Positions 13,101-24,000 of a stretch of 64,000 bases of DNA are shown here, piece by piece (position 1 is the stretch's first letter; each line of letters starts with the position of its first letter). A program made the position numbers and the translations under genes. Origin of the DNA: Octopus vulgaris (lineage: Eukaryota); contig OX597817.1 of the NCBI GenBank assembly GCA_951406725.2, positions 158,348,001 through 158,412,000 of the forward strand, read 5' to 3'. The notes under the pieces were generated by a model. It was not told the origin of the DNA. It made no database searches and was given only the letters and a program-made list of their open reading frames with translations.

Positions 13101-16100
13101 TATCTCGGGTTGTGCCTCTGTATCTCTGTGCTGGGGCTGTTGTTGTTGCGGTCTCTCTCCTCTCTCTCCTCCTCTTTGGGTTCCGTGGCGAACTAGTGGG
13201 CCGTTCGGGCGAGCGACGACGGGGGATTCCGTAACAACTGGTGTCAGAAGTGGGATTGTCCTGATTGCTGCGTTTCGATCGGTTCTTTTTCGCTATGGAT
13301 TTGTCTGGTTGTCAGACCGGAGACGAGGAGATTTCGCTTGCTCTGATTGTGGAGATGTTAAGGGGCCAGATGGCGCAGACGGACGCGTTCGTGGAGAGAA
13401 TGGACAGGAGGCGACAGGGCCTGTGGGCAGATCAGCGGGAGCTTGAGGTTGCGGATGGGTCAGCTTTGAAGGATCGGTGTTGGACCGAGGATAGCGACGG
13501 TCCTGTGGGCAGAGATTGCTCGTCGAATGAAGCATCGAGGGAAACAGATAGTGAAGGAAGTGTTGCCGAAATCTGTGATGCTGGACCGGCTGTGTTTGCG
13601 GAACCTGGGCTGGTTGCCGAAATTTGTGACGCTGTACCCAAGAAATCTTGTGATTTGGAACCCGTAGAGGTTGAAGTAACCAAAAGGCCTGTGGAAGGTG
13701 TTATGGCTGATGCTGTTGTTCCGTGTCTGGAGCCCTTGGCATCTCGACCCCTGTCTCTCGGAGCTCGGGACGAAGAGCTGGCGAGGTCTGGGGCGGATGT
13801 CGCTGAGTCCGAGGTTCCGGCTCTGTGTGTGATGGTCGCGGCAGGTGTTGTGCCGTGTGCGAGTCCTTTGGTGTCTGGACTCCTGTCTCTTGGGGCCCAG
13901 AGGGACTGTATGGTTCCCACTGTGGAGAGGCCACAGGCGTGGATGGACTGGCGGCCGAGCGTGTGTGTTGTGAGGCCTGCGGGACGGAAGCTGGTGAGGA
14001 AAAGGACCAGGCCCGTTGACGAGGCGAGACGGCTGCGAACGGTGGTGGGTCCACCGAGACCAGGAAGACTGCTTCAGCGTTGGGTGAGCTTTGTGGTTGA
14101 TGGTTGCTTGGGGCCGGTGGAGCCCGACAGGCAGTGCCTAGTGAAAGCTCGATTGAGGGTTGGGTGGACCCTAGTGGAAGCAGAAGCTGGTGGAGCGCTG
14201 GCTGGGTCGGCCGATCTTTTGGAAGTGGCACAGGCGATTTGCAGAAGGCAAATCGAGGAATCGTGCCAGATGGCGAACCAGTGGTGGGGCCAGTTCTGCC
14301 GATACGGCAACGCAGTGGAAGGAGATGGTGGCCCACGGATGCAGTTGAGGAAGCAGTCCGCAAGGAGTCGCTGGTGCTTTGTTGGCACTTGGGGGAGCTC
14401 TGTGTTCGATGGTTGCGTGGGGCTGGTGGAGCCCGACATGCAGTGCGGAGTAAGAGCTCAGTTGAGGGTCGGCTGGACCCTGGTGGAGGCAGAGTCTGAC
14501 AGAGCGCTGGTTGGGTCGGCCGAGTTATTGAAGGCTGCGCAGGCGATTTGCAGAGGGCAAATCGTGGAACTGCGCCGGACGGTAAACCAGCGGCGGGGTC
14601 AGTTCTGCCGGTGCAGAGATGAAGTTAAGGGAGTTCGTGGTCCGCTGATGCAGTTGCGGAAGAGGCAACTGTTGGTGAAAAGCGCAGGACGTTGGTCGCG
14701 AGGGTTGTTGGATGCTGGTCGCACGGACCTGGCAGAACGTTTCGTCGACCAAGGCGGTTGTCGCTTGAGGAGGCAGCGAGGCCGGAGGAAGGTCTCAGTA
14801 CAGCAGCGCAAGAGGAGATATCGGCGACAGGTAACAGTGAAAGGACAGAATGGTCCCTGGTCGTTAGCGATAATTGCGCGGAATGGGGATGGTACAGCAA
14901 GGTGCTACGTGGGCTATAGAGCCCTGAAGAAGGTGGCCACTGTGAAGGATTGGCCGGACCCTGCCTGTGGAAGGGATTTGAGGAACTTCCTCGGACGGTG
15001 CGCCTATTGTGGGCGGCTTGTAGGAAGCCTGGCAGAGGTGTTACCCAAGCCGCAGAGGGAAGGTGCCAACCTGTGGCTGGTGCTGAAGTGGTGGCCGTGG
15101 GAGGTGAGACCCCCGGAGGAGAAACCACCCAAGGGGACCCCCAGCCCCTGGAGAGTCTGCTGCTCGGAGGTGCGAGTTTAGTATGCTTTGTCGGGTCGAC
15201 AAAAGCTTAGGTAGGGGGTAGTGTTACGGTTGGCTAGGTGCATTTCTGGTGACCCACATAGGAATAATGGCACCATGATGTCTGGTGAAATGTGACGGGT
15301 TCTTTGTCTAATGGAGGACTGATGGGTTTTGGAATGACCTGTGACCTCGTATGGTTGATAAGAGGGTCAGTGAGAATGTGAAAGAGGAAGACAGATTAAG
15401 GGAATCTAAGAGCAGATGGAGAGGGTATTGACAGTAAGAGAAAAGGGACAGATTAAGGGCTGAGAGCAAATAGAGATAGGGTATAAGCAGTAGGGGACGG
15501 ATGGAGAGGCTAAGAGACAGCAGGCGATATAGATAGAGTAAGGAATCAGATAGCAAATAGAAAGGCTAAGAGACAGCAGGCGATATAGATAGGGTATAAG
15601 GACCAGGGCAGTTAGAAAGGGTAAGAGCGATATAGACAGAGGGAGATGAGGGGAGTGGAAGAAGGACAGAGACGAAGTGAGGTCTGGTAGTTCGCAGTTG
15701 GTCGTCAAGAAGGGCAGTCGCTGGCCGGTCCTCGAAGAAGACAGACGGACCTTGGATTTAAGGAGCAAGCGTTGGAATTCTTAGGAGCAAGTTGGATGCG
15801 AGAAAGCTTGGCGGCACAGAAGGGAATTAGCAGTATTCAGAGGAATTGGCAGGATTGAGAGGAATGGGACACTGGCAGATTCAATTAGGAATTGAGGTAT
15901 GTGTTGTGCATTGATATGTGTCACGGTGTATTGAACAGTGAAGAGAACAGTCAAGGACTGTCGATATGTCGATTATCGAGTTGTGGTATTTATGTTCAGA
16001 ATTGAGTAAAGGACTTGTTGATGTGACTTTATCTGTGATGTTCAGAAAGAGACTTTAAAGAACTGTTGTCTTCGGACGTGTACTCTTGAAATGCTGTTGT

Positions 16101-18091
16101 ATTATGCGTTGATCTGTTGCATGATGTATTGAGTAGTCACGTGCATGTCTTCCTTTAAATGTTTGCCTTAAATGTATTTGATGTGTAGCAATTGATTGTC
16201 GTATAAACTGTTGTTTGAATATAAGCCAGTGTTGCCTTGCCTCCTTTGGGTTGTATCTCGGGTTGTGCCTCTGTATCTCTGTGCTGTTGAGGTTGTGGCA
16301 GTATCTATCTGTATCTCCTCTCTCCGCCTCTTTGGGTTCCGTGGCGGAACCTGTGTGAGCCGTTCGGGACGGGCGACGACGGGTGATTCCGTAACAATAT
16401 GAAAGCGATGCTAACGGCCCCCTCCGCCAGCATTCAATACAATATATGTATTTCAAATACTATTTCAATTCTGTGAGGATTGAAGATTTCAGACTTAAGC
16501 TGGCTGCTAACTTCAGCCAGAGAGGTCTTCCACTGTCTACTTTGGCACAGCTAATAGCTCATTCTAAACTAGGCAGTTACATATTCTCTTTACTTGGACT
16601 CCACTATCTTTCCTCTTCCCAAACTTCACATAAAACACTACCCCTGGTAATATTCAGAATGGAAAATTGGTAGAAATTTATAAAACGAGTTATTAAAGTC
16701 AATTCGATTGACTACACCACTTCTATAACAATTTCAGCGCATCCTCCTCAAATTTGTGGCCTTATACCTATGTTTAAAATCATTATTTCTTTATATTAGC
16801 AGCAAAGTGAAAGAGTTATTCATAGGTGAATTTTGCTAAAAATACCATGAAACACAAAAAGTCTAACATTCGTTTTATATAATGTATCTTGGTCGTTCTG
16901 AAAAAAATTTTTTTTTTCTCAGACATTGGACTGGGACAATTTCAGTTACTGTTTGCTTTTGTTTAAATGAACGTAATTTCTTCTTCACAACATTTCAAAA
17001 CTGAATTTTATTTTGTTTTAATGATACTAAATTTTGTAGGTTTATTTATTACAGATTCACCATTTCACTAAGGTAGTTTTTGTCTTGTGTGTTTTAGTAA
17101 TGTATATTTCTTTTTCGTGGTTTGGAAAACAAACTACGGCATACACGCAACACATCAAAATAGTGGGTTATCTTCAATCTGGAAACAGGTTCCAAATACT
17201 TGTATTAAAGTAGACTGCACTAAAGACATCCAAGCGCTAGGTTGAAATGTTAAACTGAGCAACCAATGTAGAGCTGTCGGTCTTCTACAATTTTGGATTT
17301 CGGAAACTTGTCCTATCTCATAAAAAATTTGGCCAACAGTATGTTGTAAATAAACTCTGAATTAAAAGCTATATCTCGATATTTCTAGACACCTTTAACA
17401 TTACTACCGTATGTTATTTGAAATTTATGGCAGACAGAACATAATAAATTTTAATGAAATTCATTTGTTGATTTCTGACTATTTCCTTTTTATTTTGCAC
17501 TAATTTTACGATTTGTATTCAGAACATTTTGTCGACTCAGCAACTGTTAGTGTAAAGTTTCGAGCCATCCTGGGAATTTGCGATTTAAAAACTGCTAAGC
17601 CTGAATAGTTAGAACTATCACTCTCACACTAAGAAGCTTCCTTGGTATGAATAGTTAGGACTACCACTCTCATACTAAGAAGCTTCCTAAGGTCCCTCCT
17701 TAGTATACACGCGATAAGGGAAGTGTCCTAGATTTTAACTTTTTAGCTACAGAAAAGTTTCTACAGATTAACCACGGAATAGATATAGTACAAATACTAA
17801 CAGAATTTCTCTCTTTAGCAAAACTACAACAAAGAAAAACAAAACATGTAAATGAAAGGATAAATTATTAAAAAAAAAACACACAAAAACATGTTTGGAT
17901 ATGATTAAACGAACGAAAACAACTTAGTTACATGAGGATTAGTAATCGTTAACACAAATCTCACTATACTAAGACGAGTATTATTCGTGTTAGTTATCAC
18001 AGGAAGTTTAAAGGGAAACAAGATAATTAAACAAAGGTTCAACGAACATTTCTTCTGCATCAGTCAAGTTATGTTGTCCAGCAAGCGCCAT
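409..18091 (-). CDS. CCP110: Centriolar coiled-coil protein 110 (CP110)-like gene, 5' part; join(18048-18091,10403-10565,7120-7227,4722-6281,409-1141); continues beyond window start
   Basis: Exons 2+3 splice in frame to SCIKINGVPILPPI|LTEAEREEMRRYRDEAVRR, which resembles the conserved CP110 N-terminal motif. It is followed by long Ser/Asn-rich low-complexity exons. GT-AG junctions have compatible phases (2,0,0,0). The C-terminal conserved domain is not in the window, so the identity rests on one motif. Confidence 0.68.
4722..6281 (-). CDS. CCP110: CP110-like exon 4, 1560-nt low-complexity exon
   Basis: Inside the 576-aa ORF; tttcAG acceptor and CAA|GTAAGT donor; 520 codons. Confidence 0.8.
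5908..6066 (-). repeat. Coding 39-bp tandem repeat x~4 (13 aa, NSPTENRxET[I/N]L)
   Basis: ctctgttctctgtaggtgaatttaaa recurs at 39-bp period within exon 4. Confidence 0.9.
7120..7227 (-). CDS. CCP110: CP110-like exon 3 (LTEAEREEMRRYRDEAVRRMQQRNQRKRTLTDTSAS)
   Basis: tctttcaaAG acceptor, GTAAGT donor, 108 nt phase 0-0, charged helical peptide. Confidence 0.8.
7376..7762 (-). mobile_element. Short GC-rich non-autonomous retroposon with 8-bp TSD
   Basis: CATACTTA flanks both sides (7368-7375, 7763-7770); minus-strand 3' end GCCGGCTCTACCCGCCCTGGGTGAATGCCGCCACAAGT resembles RTE 3' ends. Confidence 0.6.
10403..10565 (-). CDS. CCP110: CP110-like exon 2 (QNRYSDLL...KINGVPILPPI)
   Basis: ttatatttcAG acceptor, GTAAGT donor; inside ORF 10235..10627. 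Confidence 0.8.
11425..11815. mobile_element. piggyBac-type MITE with nested LINE-tail fragment
   Basis: TTAA|CCCTTTTGTTAC ... GTAACGAAAGGG|TTAA. Confidence 0.8.
12074..13236 (+). repeat. 5' LTR
   Basis: TG...CA, direct repeat of 15222-16396. Confidence 0.95.
13239..13257 (+). promoter_or_regulatory. Primer-binding site complementary to tRNA-Leu 3' end
   Basis: TGGTGTCAGAAGTGGGATT, 2 nt after the 5' LTR; reverse complement of the metazoan tRNA-Leu(CAA) 3' end ...AUCCCACUUCUGACACCA. Confidence 0.85.
13295..15181 (+). CDS. LTR-element internal ORF (628 aa from first ATG), degenerate Pol-derived, RT catalytic core missing
   Basis: Uninterrupted ORF. GRTDLAERFVDQG, GPWSLAIIARNGDGTARCYVGYRALKKV and VKDWPDP...LRNFLGRCAY resemble the gypsy pre-RT, RT motif 1-2 and RT thumb segments. 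No YxDD, RNase H or integrase seen. Confidence 0.65.
   Translation: MDLSGCQTGDEEISLALIVEMLRGQMAQTDAFVERMDRRRQGLWADQRELEVADGSALKDRCWTEDSDGPVGRDCSSNEASRETDSEGSVAEICDAGPAVFAEPGLVAEICDAVPKKSCDLEPVEVEVTKRPVEGVMADAVVPCLEPLASRPLSLGARDEELARSGADVAESEVPALCVMVAAGVVPCASPLVSGLLSLGAQRDCMVPTVERPQAWMDWRPSVCVVRPAGRKLVRKRTRPVDEARRLRTVVGPPRPGRLLQRWVSFVVDGCLGPVEPDRQCLVKARLRVGWTLVEAEAGGALAGSADLLEVAQAICRRQIEESCQMANQWWGQFCRYGNAVEGDGGPRMQLRKQSARSRWCFVGTWGSSVFDGCVGLVEPDMQCGVRAQLRVGWTLVEAESDRALVGSAELLKAAQAICRGQIVELRRTVNQRRGQFCRCRDEVKGVRGPLMQLRKRQLLVKSAGRWSRGLLDAGRTDLAERFVDQGGCRLRRQRGRRKVSVQQRKRRYRRQVTVKGQNGPWSLAIIARNGDGTARCYVGYRALKKVATVKDWPDPACGRDLRNFLGRCAYCGRLVGSLAEVLPKPQREGANLWLVLKWWPWEVRPPEEKPPKGTPSPWRVCCSEVRV
15209..15221 (+). 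promoter_or_regulatory. Polypurine tract
   Basis: AGGTAGGGGGTAG abutting the 3' LTR. Confidence 0.8.
15222..16396 (+). repeat. 3' LTR
   Basis: TG...CA, preceded by purine tract. Confidence 0.95.
18048..18091 (-). CDS. CCP110: CP110-like putative first coding exon (MALAGQHNLTDAEE)
   Basis: CAAAATGGCG start context and CCAAT on the minus strand ~50 nt upstream. The donor AT|GTTCGT is weak, but its phase 2 matches the next exon acceptor (AT+C=Ile). Confidence 0.5.
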
Positions 18092-20162
18092 TTTGAAACA
18101 TTCCGGAGATTCACCGAATTTATGCTGAAATGCTTTCTATAATTGGTCATCACTATGCTAATGTTTACAGTGTTATCCAATGAAAACATGTGTTATAAAA
18201 TATAAGGCGGGGAGCTGGTAGAAACGTTAGCACGCCGGGCGAAATTCGTAGCCGTATTTCGTCTAAATTTCTTTATTTCGTAGCCGTATTTCGTCTGTCG
18301 TTACGTTCCGAGTTCAAATACCGCCGAGGCCGACTTTACCTTTCATCCTTTCGGGGTCGATAAATTAAGTACCAGTTACGCACTGGGGTCGATGTAGTCG
18401 ACTTAATGCGTTTGTCTGTCCTTGTTTGTCCCCTCTGTGTTTAGCCCCTTGTGGGTAGTAAAGAAATATATAAAATATAAAAAAACTTGTCTGCTTCGAT
18501 AACAACAGACAGACGATAAGTTGCGCCATAGAGATATTACAAATGATTCATCGGTTCACCCGGTTCTCAATTAATTAAACTCCTTTCTTAACTTTTCTCA
18601 CGCGTAGTTTTTTTTTCTGTAAATTCAAAACGTGTTTCTTTTATAGTTTCGTATTTTTTTCTTTTTTAAACTTGTGTAATACCAAAATCATTCTTTTAAC
18701 GTTTCATAAAGCCTGACTCGAGCAGAATAAACATAAATAAATAAATAGTGGGGGTTAAGGCGGCGAATAGGTGTAATTCTTAACACGTCGGACATAATGC
18801 TGCCCCCCATCCAGATGCATACCTTTCCTTCTTTGGACACAAAACTCTGCTTGCGAAGACCTGTTGAAGCAATCGAAATCGAACCAAATTCAACGACTGG
18901 CACCCATGCTAACCTCCCTTCATTGGACACTAAACTCTTCTTACGAAGACCTGTTGGGGCAAGTGAAATCGAAATTGAACCAAATTCGATGACTGGCACC
19001 CATGCCAGTGGAGCGCTAACAACTCCATTCGAGCGGGATCACTGCCAGAGCAGCTGTCTGGCTTCCCTGCTGGTGGCACGTGAACAAAATATTCGAGCGA
19101 GGTCGTTGCCAGTGCTGCTGGACTGACTCCTGTGCAGGTGGCACGAAAAAAACACCATTTCGAGCGTGACCATTGCCAGTACCACCAGACTGGCCCTTGT
19201 GTCGGTGGCATGTAGAAGCACCCACTACACTCTCGGAGTGGTTGGCGTTAGGAAGGGCATCCAGCTGTAGATACTATGCCAGATCAGACTGGGCCCTGGC
19301 ACAGCCATCTGGTTTGCCAGTCCTCGGTCAAATCGTCCAACCCATGCTAGCATGGAAAGCGGACGTTAAACGATGATGATAACTTCAAATACTGCCGAGG
19401 TCAACTTTGCCTTTCACCCTTTTGGGGTCGCTAAATAAATTGCCAGTCTAGTACTGGGACCAATGCAATCAACTTGTCCCTTCCCTAAAATTGCTGGCTT
19501 TGTACCAAAATTTGAAAAAATTTTTTTGGCTGGTGGGAAGCTGGAGGACTCACTCTCACAAACGTGAAACTTTCTTACAAAAAAATCATGCCATCTTGTT
19601 GACAGAATGCAATAACTGTAGATTGGTAAGATGCTCTTACCATTTTGTATTATTTCACAAAATTCACTTTCTTACTAGCATACAAACATTTTAGGATCTT
19701 TTCGGTTTGAACGGCAGTTTTTTCTAGCGGTGTCATATGAAATTGTCACTCATAATTATGACCCTAGTATCGATCTATTGCATTTGAATCTATTTTCGGG
19801 TTAGGGGGGGGGGAAGGGTATCTTTTTTTCTTCAGAAATGTAAATAAACTCAATCTGTTTCTTAAACGGGAGACATATTCATACGGCACAGAATGTTTTC
19901 ACCTCAATAGACGTCATTGATTGGTTGAAATTGCAGAAATTGAAGAAAAACAACAACAAATTGAAGAAAAAAAAGATGTTTTATAAACAACAACAAATAT
20001 CTTACAAACTATAGAATTTTCTCAATAAAGCCAAATTTAACTGATTCAGTTAAGAGAATAAGAGCATTGGCGTACAAGTGTTCCCATGGTCATTAAAGGG
20101 CTTTAAACACCCTTAATATGACCTGGAAATCTATAATAAATTGGAGAGGCTGAGACCTAGAT

Positions 20163-20459
20163 CCGGCGATCTTTCGTTTTAACTCGAAATAATGTAAACA
20201 ATGAATCGGTCATTTCCGTGACCACATGTTGTCTTGTCAATTGTCAGTTGCGCGTGCGTGCTTGTTCCTGTGTACGTGTGTACGTGCTTGTTTGTGCGTG
20301 TGTGTGTGTGCGTGTTCGTGCTTGTTCTTCTGTGTATGTATGTGTCTGTTCTGTTTTTTTTTTTTGTATTTATATGTTGTGGAATGTAGAAATAACACAC
20401 AGGAACAAACAGGCACACACATGCACAAACAAGAACAAGCACGCACACAAACAAAAATA

Positions 20460-20506
<47 letters not shown>

Positions 20507-21052
20507 ACAAGCACGCACAACCCGTTAGCTTTCTCTTCCCAACTGACAAGACAACATGTGGTCACGGAAATGACCGAATTCAATGTTTACATGATAAGAT
20601 GGTTTCTATACTTTACATTATCGAGCGATTACTGTTTCAATCTCATTCTGAGATTTAATTATGCTTACTGTCAGTTTTTTGAAATCAGTGGCAGACGCCA
20701 CTAGAAAAACTTATATATTTGCAAAGCAGCCTTCACTTTCATCGCGACCTGGTGGTTACCGCCCATTGACAAGGGACAAAAATCCCGAAACTAGTTCGAG
20801 CGTATCACTCAGGCTTGCGAGGAAGGGATGGCGTCCCTTTGCAAATATCCAAGGGCACTGATATTGTGTCTAAAGCCAGCTAGAGACGACGATCTCTTGG
20901 GGCTATAAAGCTACAGTAACACCCCCTCCCCAATGTGGTTAGCCATGATAAGATGGCTTCTATACTTTACATTATCAAGCGATTACTGTTTCAATCTCAT
21001 TCTGAGATTTAATAATGTTTACATTATTTCGAGTTAAAACAAAAGATCGCCA
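20163..21052. mobile_element. Foldback MITE with long inverted arms, right arm split by a later insertion
   Basis: 20163-20200 is inverted at 21016-21052 and 20201-20243 is inverted at 20541-20583; TG/CA microsatellite core. Confidence 0.8.
20593..21013 (+). mobile_element. Penelope/retrozyme-like insert: 354-bp unit plus ~67-bp terminal redundancy, decayed hammerhead
   Basis: Direct repeat 20593-20659 = 20947-21013; flanked by AATGTTTACAT duplication; TTGACAA-GGGA..TCCC-GAAACTAGTT motif at 20761-20802. Confidence 0.6.
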
Positions 21053-24000
21053 GAACAACTCATGCTTTTGAATCTCTTGTAACAGAATCTTGGCAAGCCT
21101 CTCACTTTCAGCTTCTCTCTATGCTACAATGTATATGTAGTTCACTTCTTGCTACTTAATATTGTTTCCTATGTCCCACTTCCAGTCATTCTAAGCCTTT
21201 TAGCCTTTAATAGCTCCGTTTTCTCTACCATTCCAACACCATATCTCTTTTGATTTGGTTAGAACCTTGTTTCAACCATAAATCTGGTTTACAGCTCACA
21301 GCAAGTGGTCTATAATAAATTTCTAGTTGTCCTCTATGTTATAGGTTTGTGTCTTTTCTCACTCTTGAAATGTTTTATCACTTGAAAGGGATTTTTTAAC
21401 TTTCACATTTTCTTTCTCTGAATTGTCCTGTGTCTCTGGGTTCAGCTGTTTGTTTTATTCAATAGTCTAAATTGAGTGTGGTCCTACACTCTCAGACTGA
21501 CTATACTCTCGGAGTGGTTGGTGTTAGGAAGGGCATCCAGCTGTAGAAACTCTGCCAGATCAGATTGGAGTCTTTTTCGCCAGACCTCAGTCAAATCGTC
21601 TAACCCATGCTAGCATGGAAAGCGGACGTTAAATGATGATGATGATGATTCTTCACCAGTAAAAAAAATCTTAATTCACAATCATCTGTTTATCCTGTAT
21701 CCTGGTGAGTCAATTTGGCTTGCATGTTTGCCTGGTCAGATCACTAGTTGCTTTCCTGAAGTTAGTGTTGCAAATGTTTGTGTCATTTACATCACAAAAT
21801 TCAAAGAACCTTTATCCTCTTTTCATTCCTTGCACCATATCCATAGCCTCCATGTTTGCAGGAGAAACCATGCTGGGATTACCTATTTCTTTACTACCCA
21901 CAAGGGGCTAAACAAGGACAAATGGATTAAGTCGATTACATCGACCCCAGTGCGTAACTGGTACTTAATTTACCGACCCCAATAGGATGAAAGGCAAAGT
22001 CGACCTCAGCAGAATTTGAACGCAGAACATAGCGGTAGACGAAATACCTATTTCTTTATTACCTACAAGGGGCTAAACATAGAGGGGACAAACAAGGACA
22101 GACATAGGTATTAAGTCGATTAGATCGACCCCAGTGCGTAACTGGTACTTAATTTATTGACCCCGAAAGGATGAAAGGCAAAGTCGACCTCAGCGGAATT
22201 TGAACTCAGAACATAGCGGCAGACGAAATACCGCTAAGCATTTCGCCTGGCGCACTAACATTTCTGCCAGCTCGCCGCCTTAAAATGATGGTGTTACCTA
22301 ACATGTCATTAAAAAAAAACTAGCTCTGATAATGAGGTCACTATAATTAATTATTGGGAAGGTCTAACTCCATATATAAGCATTGGTAGCTCGTAGATAA
22401 AATTAGTGGGAGTACTGCTTCAGAAAATTCTTAGCCATTGTTTTAATATTGTGTAAAAGGAAACAAATATATAAAAAGAACATTTATACATAAACTTGAT
22501 TGGTTTGCATTTTAACCACTATCAGATAGTGTGCTTAATTTGTTCACCAAACATCACTGCAAATTCCCCCTTGTTTTTCAAAAATCCCCCCTAAATCACA
22601 AAATAAGTGGGGAAAATGTGCCCTATTTTTCAGATCCTGGTAGTAACACTGAAGCTGGAAGCAGGATAATAATTAATCTAATTCTACACTTTATCACATC
22701 CAAGAATATAAACACGTTTTTAAGCACAACACACGTGGAGTCAAAAAGGAACGCTACCTTTCACCTGGCACTATCATTTACGCAGTGCTCTCTCTCCACC
22801 ATCATATACAGCATTAATATGATGTGAAAGCTCTCTATATACACAATTCTCAAAGACTCCGCCGGTTACTACGACGAGGGTCCCAGCTGATACGATCAAC
22901 GGAACAGCTTGCTCGTGGAATTAACGTGCAAATGGCTGAGCATTCCACAGACACGTGTACCCTTAACGTAGTTCTCGGGGATAATCAGCGTGACACAGAG
23001 AGTGACAAGGCTGACCCTTTGAAATACAAGTACAACTCATTTTTGCCAGCTGAGTGGACTGGAGCAACGTGAAATAAAGTGTATTGCTCAAGGACACAAC
23101 GCGTTGCCGGGAATCGAACTCACAACCTTACGATCATGAGCCGAATGCCCTAACCACTAAGCCACGCGCCCTCACAATATACACAATTAGGGTTAATATC
23201 AATGTCTTGTTATTCTGTAAAATTTCAATTTGTGTACAAGTACCAGTAAGCTAGTTCATCAGATATGATGTCTCTCAGCAGCTAAACGCCAGTCAATTAG
23301 TCAGTCTCTCAACTTCAATACCTGCATTCATCTGTAGTTATTGTGCATCATAACACTCCATACTTTGGCCAGAAAAATTGACACAAAGCTTTTATAATCC
23401 ACATGATGTAATTTCTTGCATCCCTGAATTTTTTAATTGAAGTTGTCAGCAAAAAAAAAAAAATCACAACTTATACATAAGTGAATATGTCAAATTAACA
23501 TTATAGCATTCTATAATTTTCATAATTTTACTAAATAATACTATTTGTCAGACAAACTTATTTTGTGTTTTCCTGTAGTTTTAGTTTTAATATACCAAAT
23601 ATCTCATAGCAAAATACTTCAAGTATGGGTTGGCTATTGCCAGAAGGTAATAAAGTTGATTTATTTCAATATATCACTGTGTTCTAGCTAAAATATGGTG
23701 AGTTGTGGATAGCTCAATAAAGAAGTGCTGATTTCTCAAACTGGTACTTGTGCTGGTGGCACATGAAAAAACATTCGCGCAAGGTCGTTGCCAGTGCCAC
23801 TGGACTGGCTCATGTGCAGGTGGCACAAAAAAGCACCATTTGAGCGTGGCCGTTGCCAGTACCGCCTGACCGGCCCTTGTGGTGGTGGCACATAAAAGCA
23901 CCCACTACACTCTCGGAGTTGTTGGTGTTAGGAAGGGCATCCAGCTGCAGAAACTCTGCCAGGTCAGATTGAAGCCTGGTGCAGCCATCTGGTTCGCCAG

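Larger units (their letters stand above)
12074..16396 (+). mobile_element. Non-autonomous Ty3/gypsy-type LTR retrotransposon, antisense in CP110-like intron 1
   Basis: Two ~1.17-kb direct repeats with TGTTACG...CGTAACA ends; 4-bp TSD ATAT (12070-12073, 16397-16400); PBS and PPT present; degenerate pol motifs in internal ORF. Confidence 0.95.

Noticed and set aside
13293-15128. Several overlapping ORFs within the LTR internal region
   Set aside because: Alternative-frame products of GC-rich sequence with no recognisable motifs
18810-19220. CRISPR-like array of ~60-bp GGTGGCACGTAAAAAGCACC units
   Set aside because: Eukaryotic context; units are degenerate subrepeats of a LINE 3' UTR without unique spacers or cas genes
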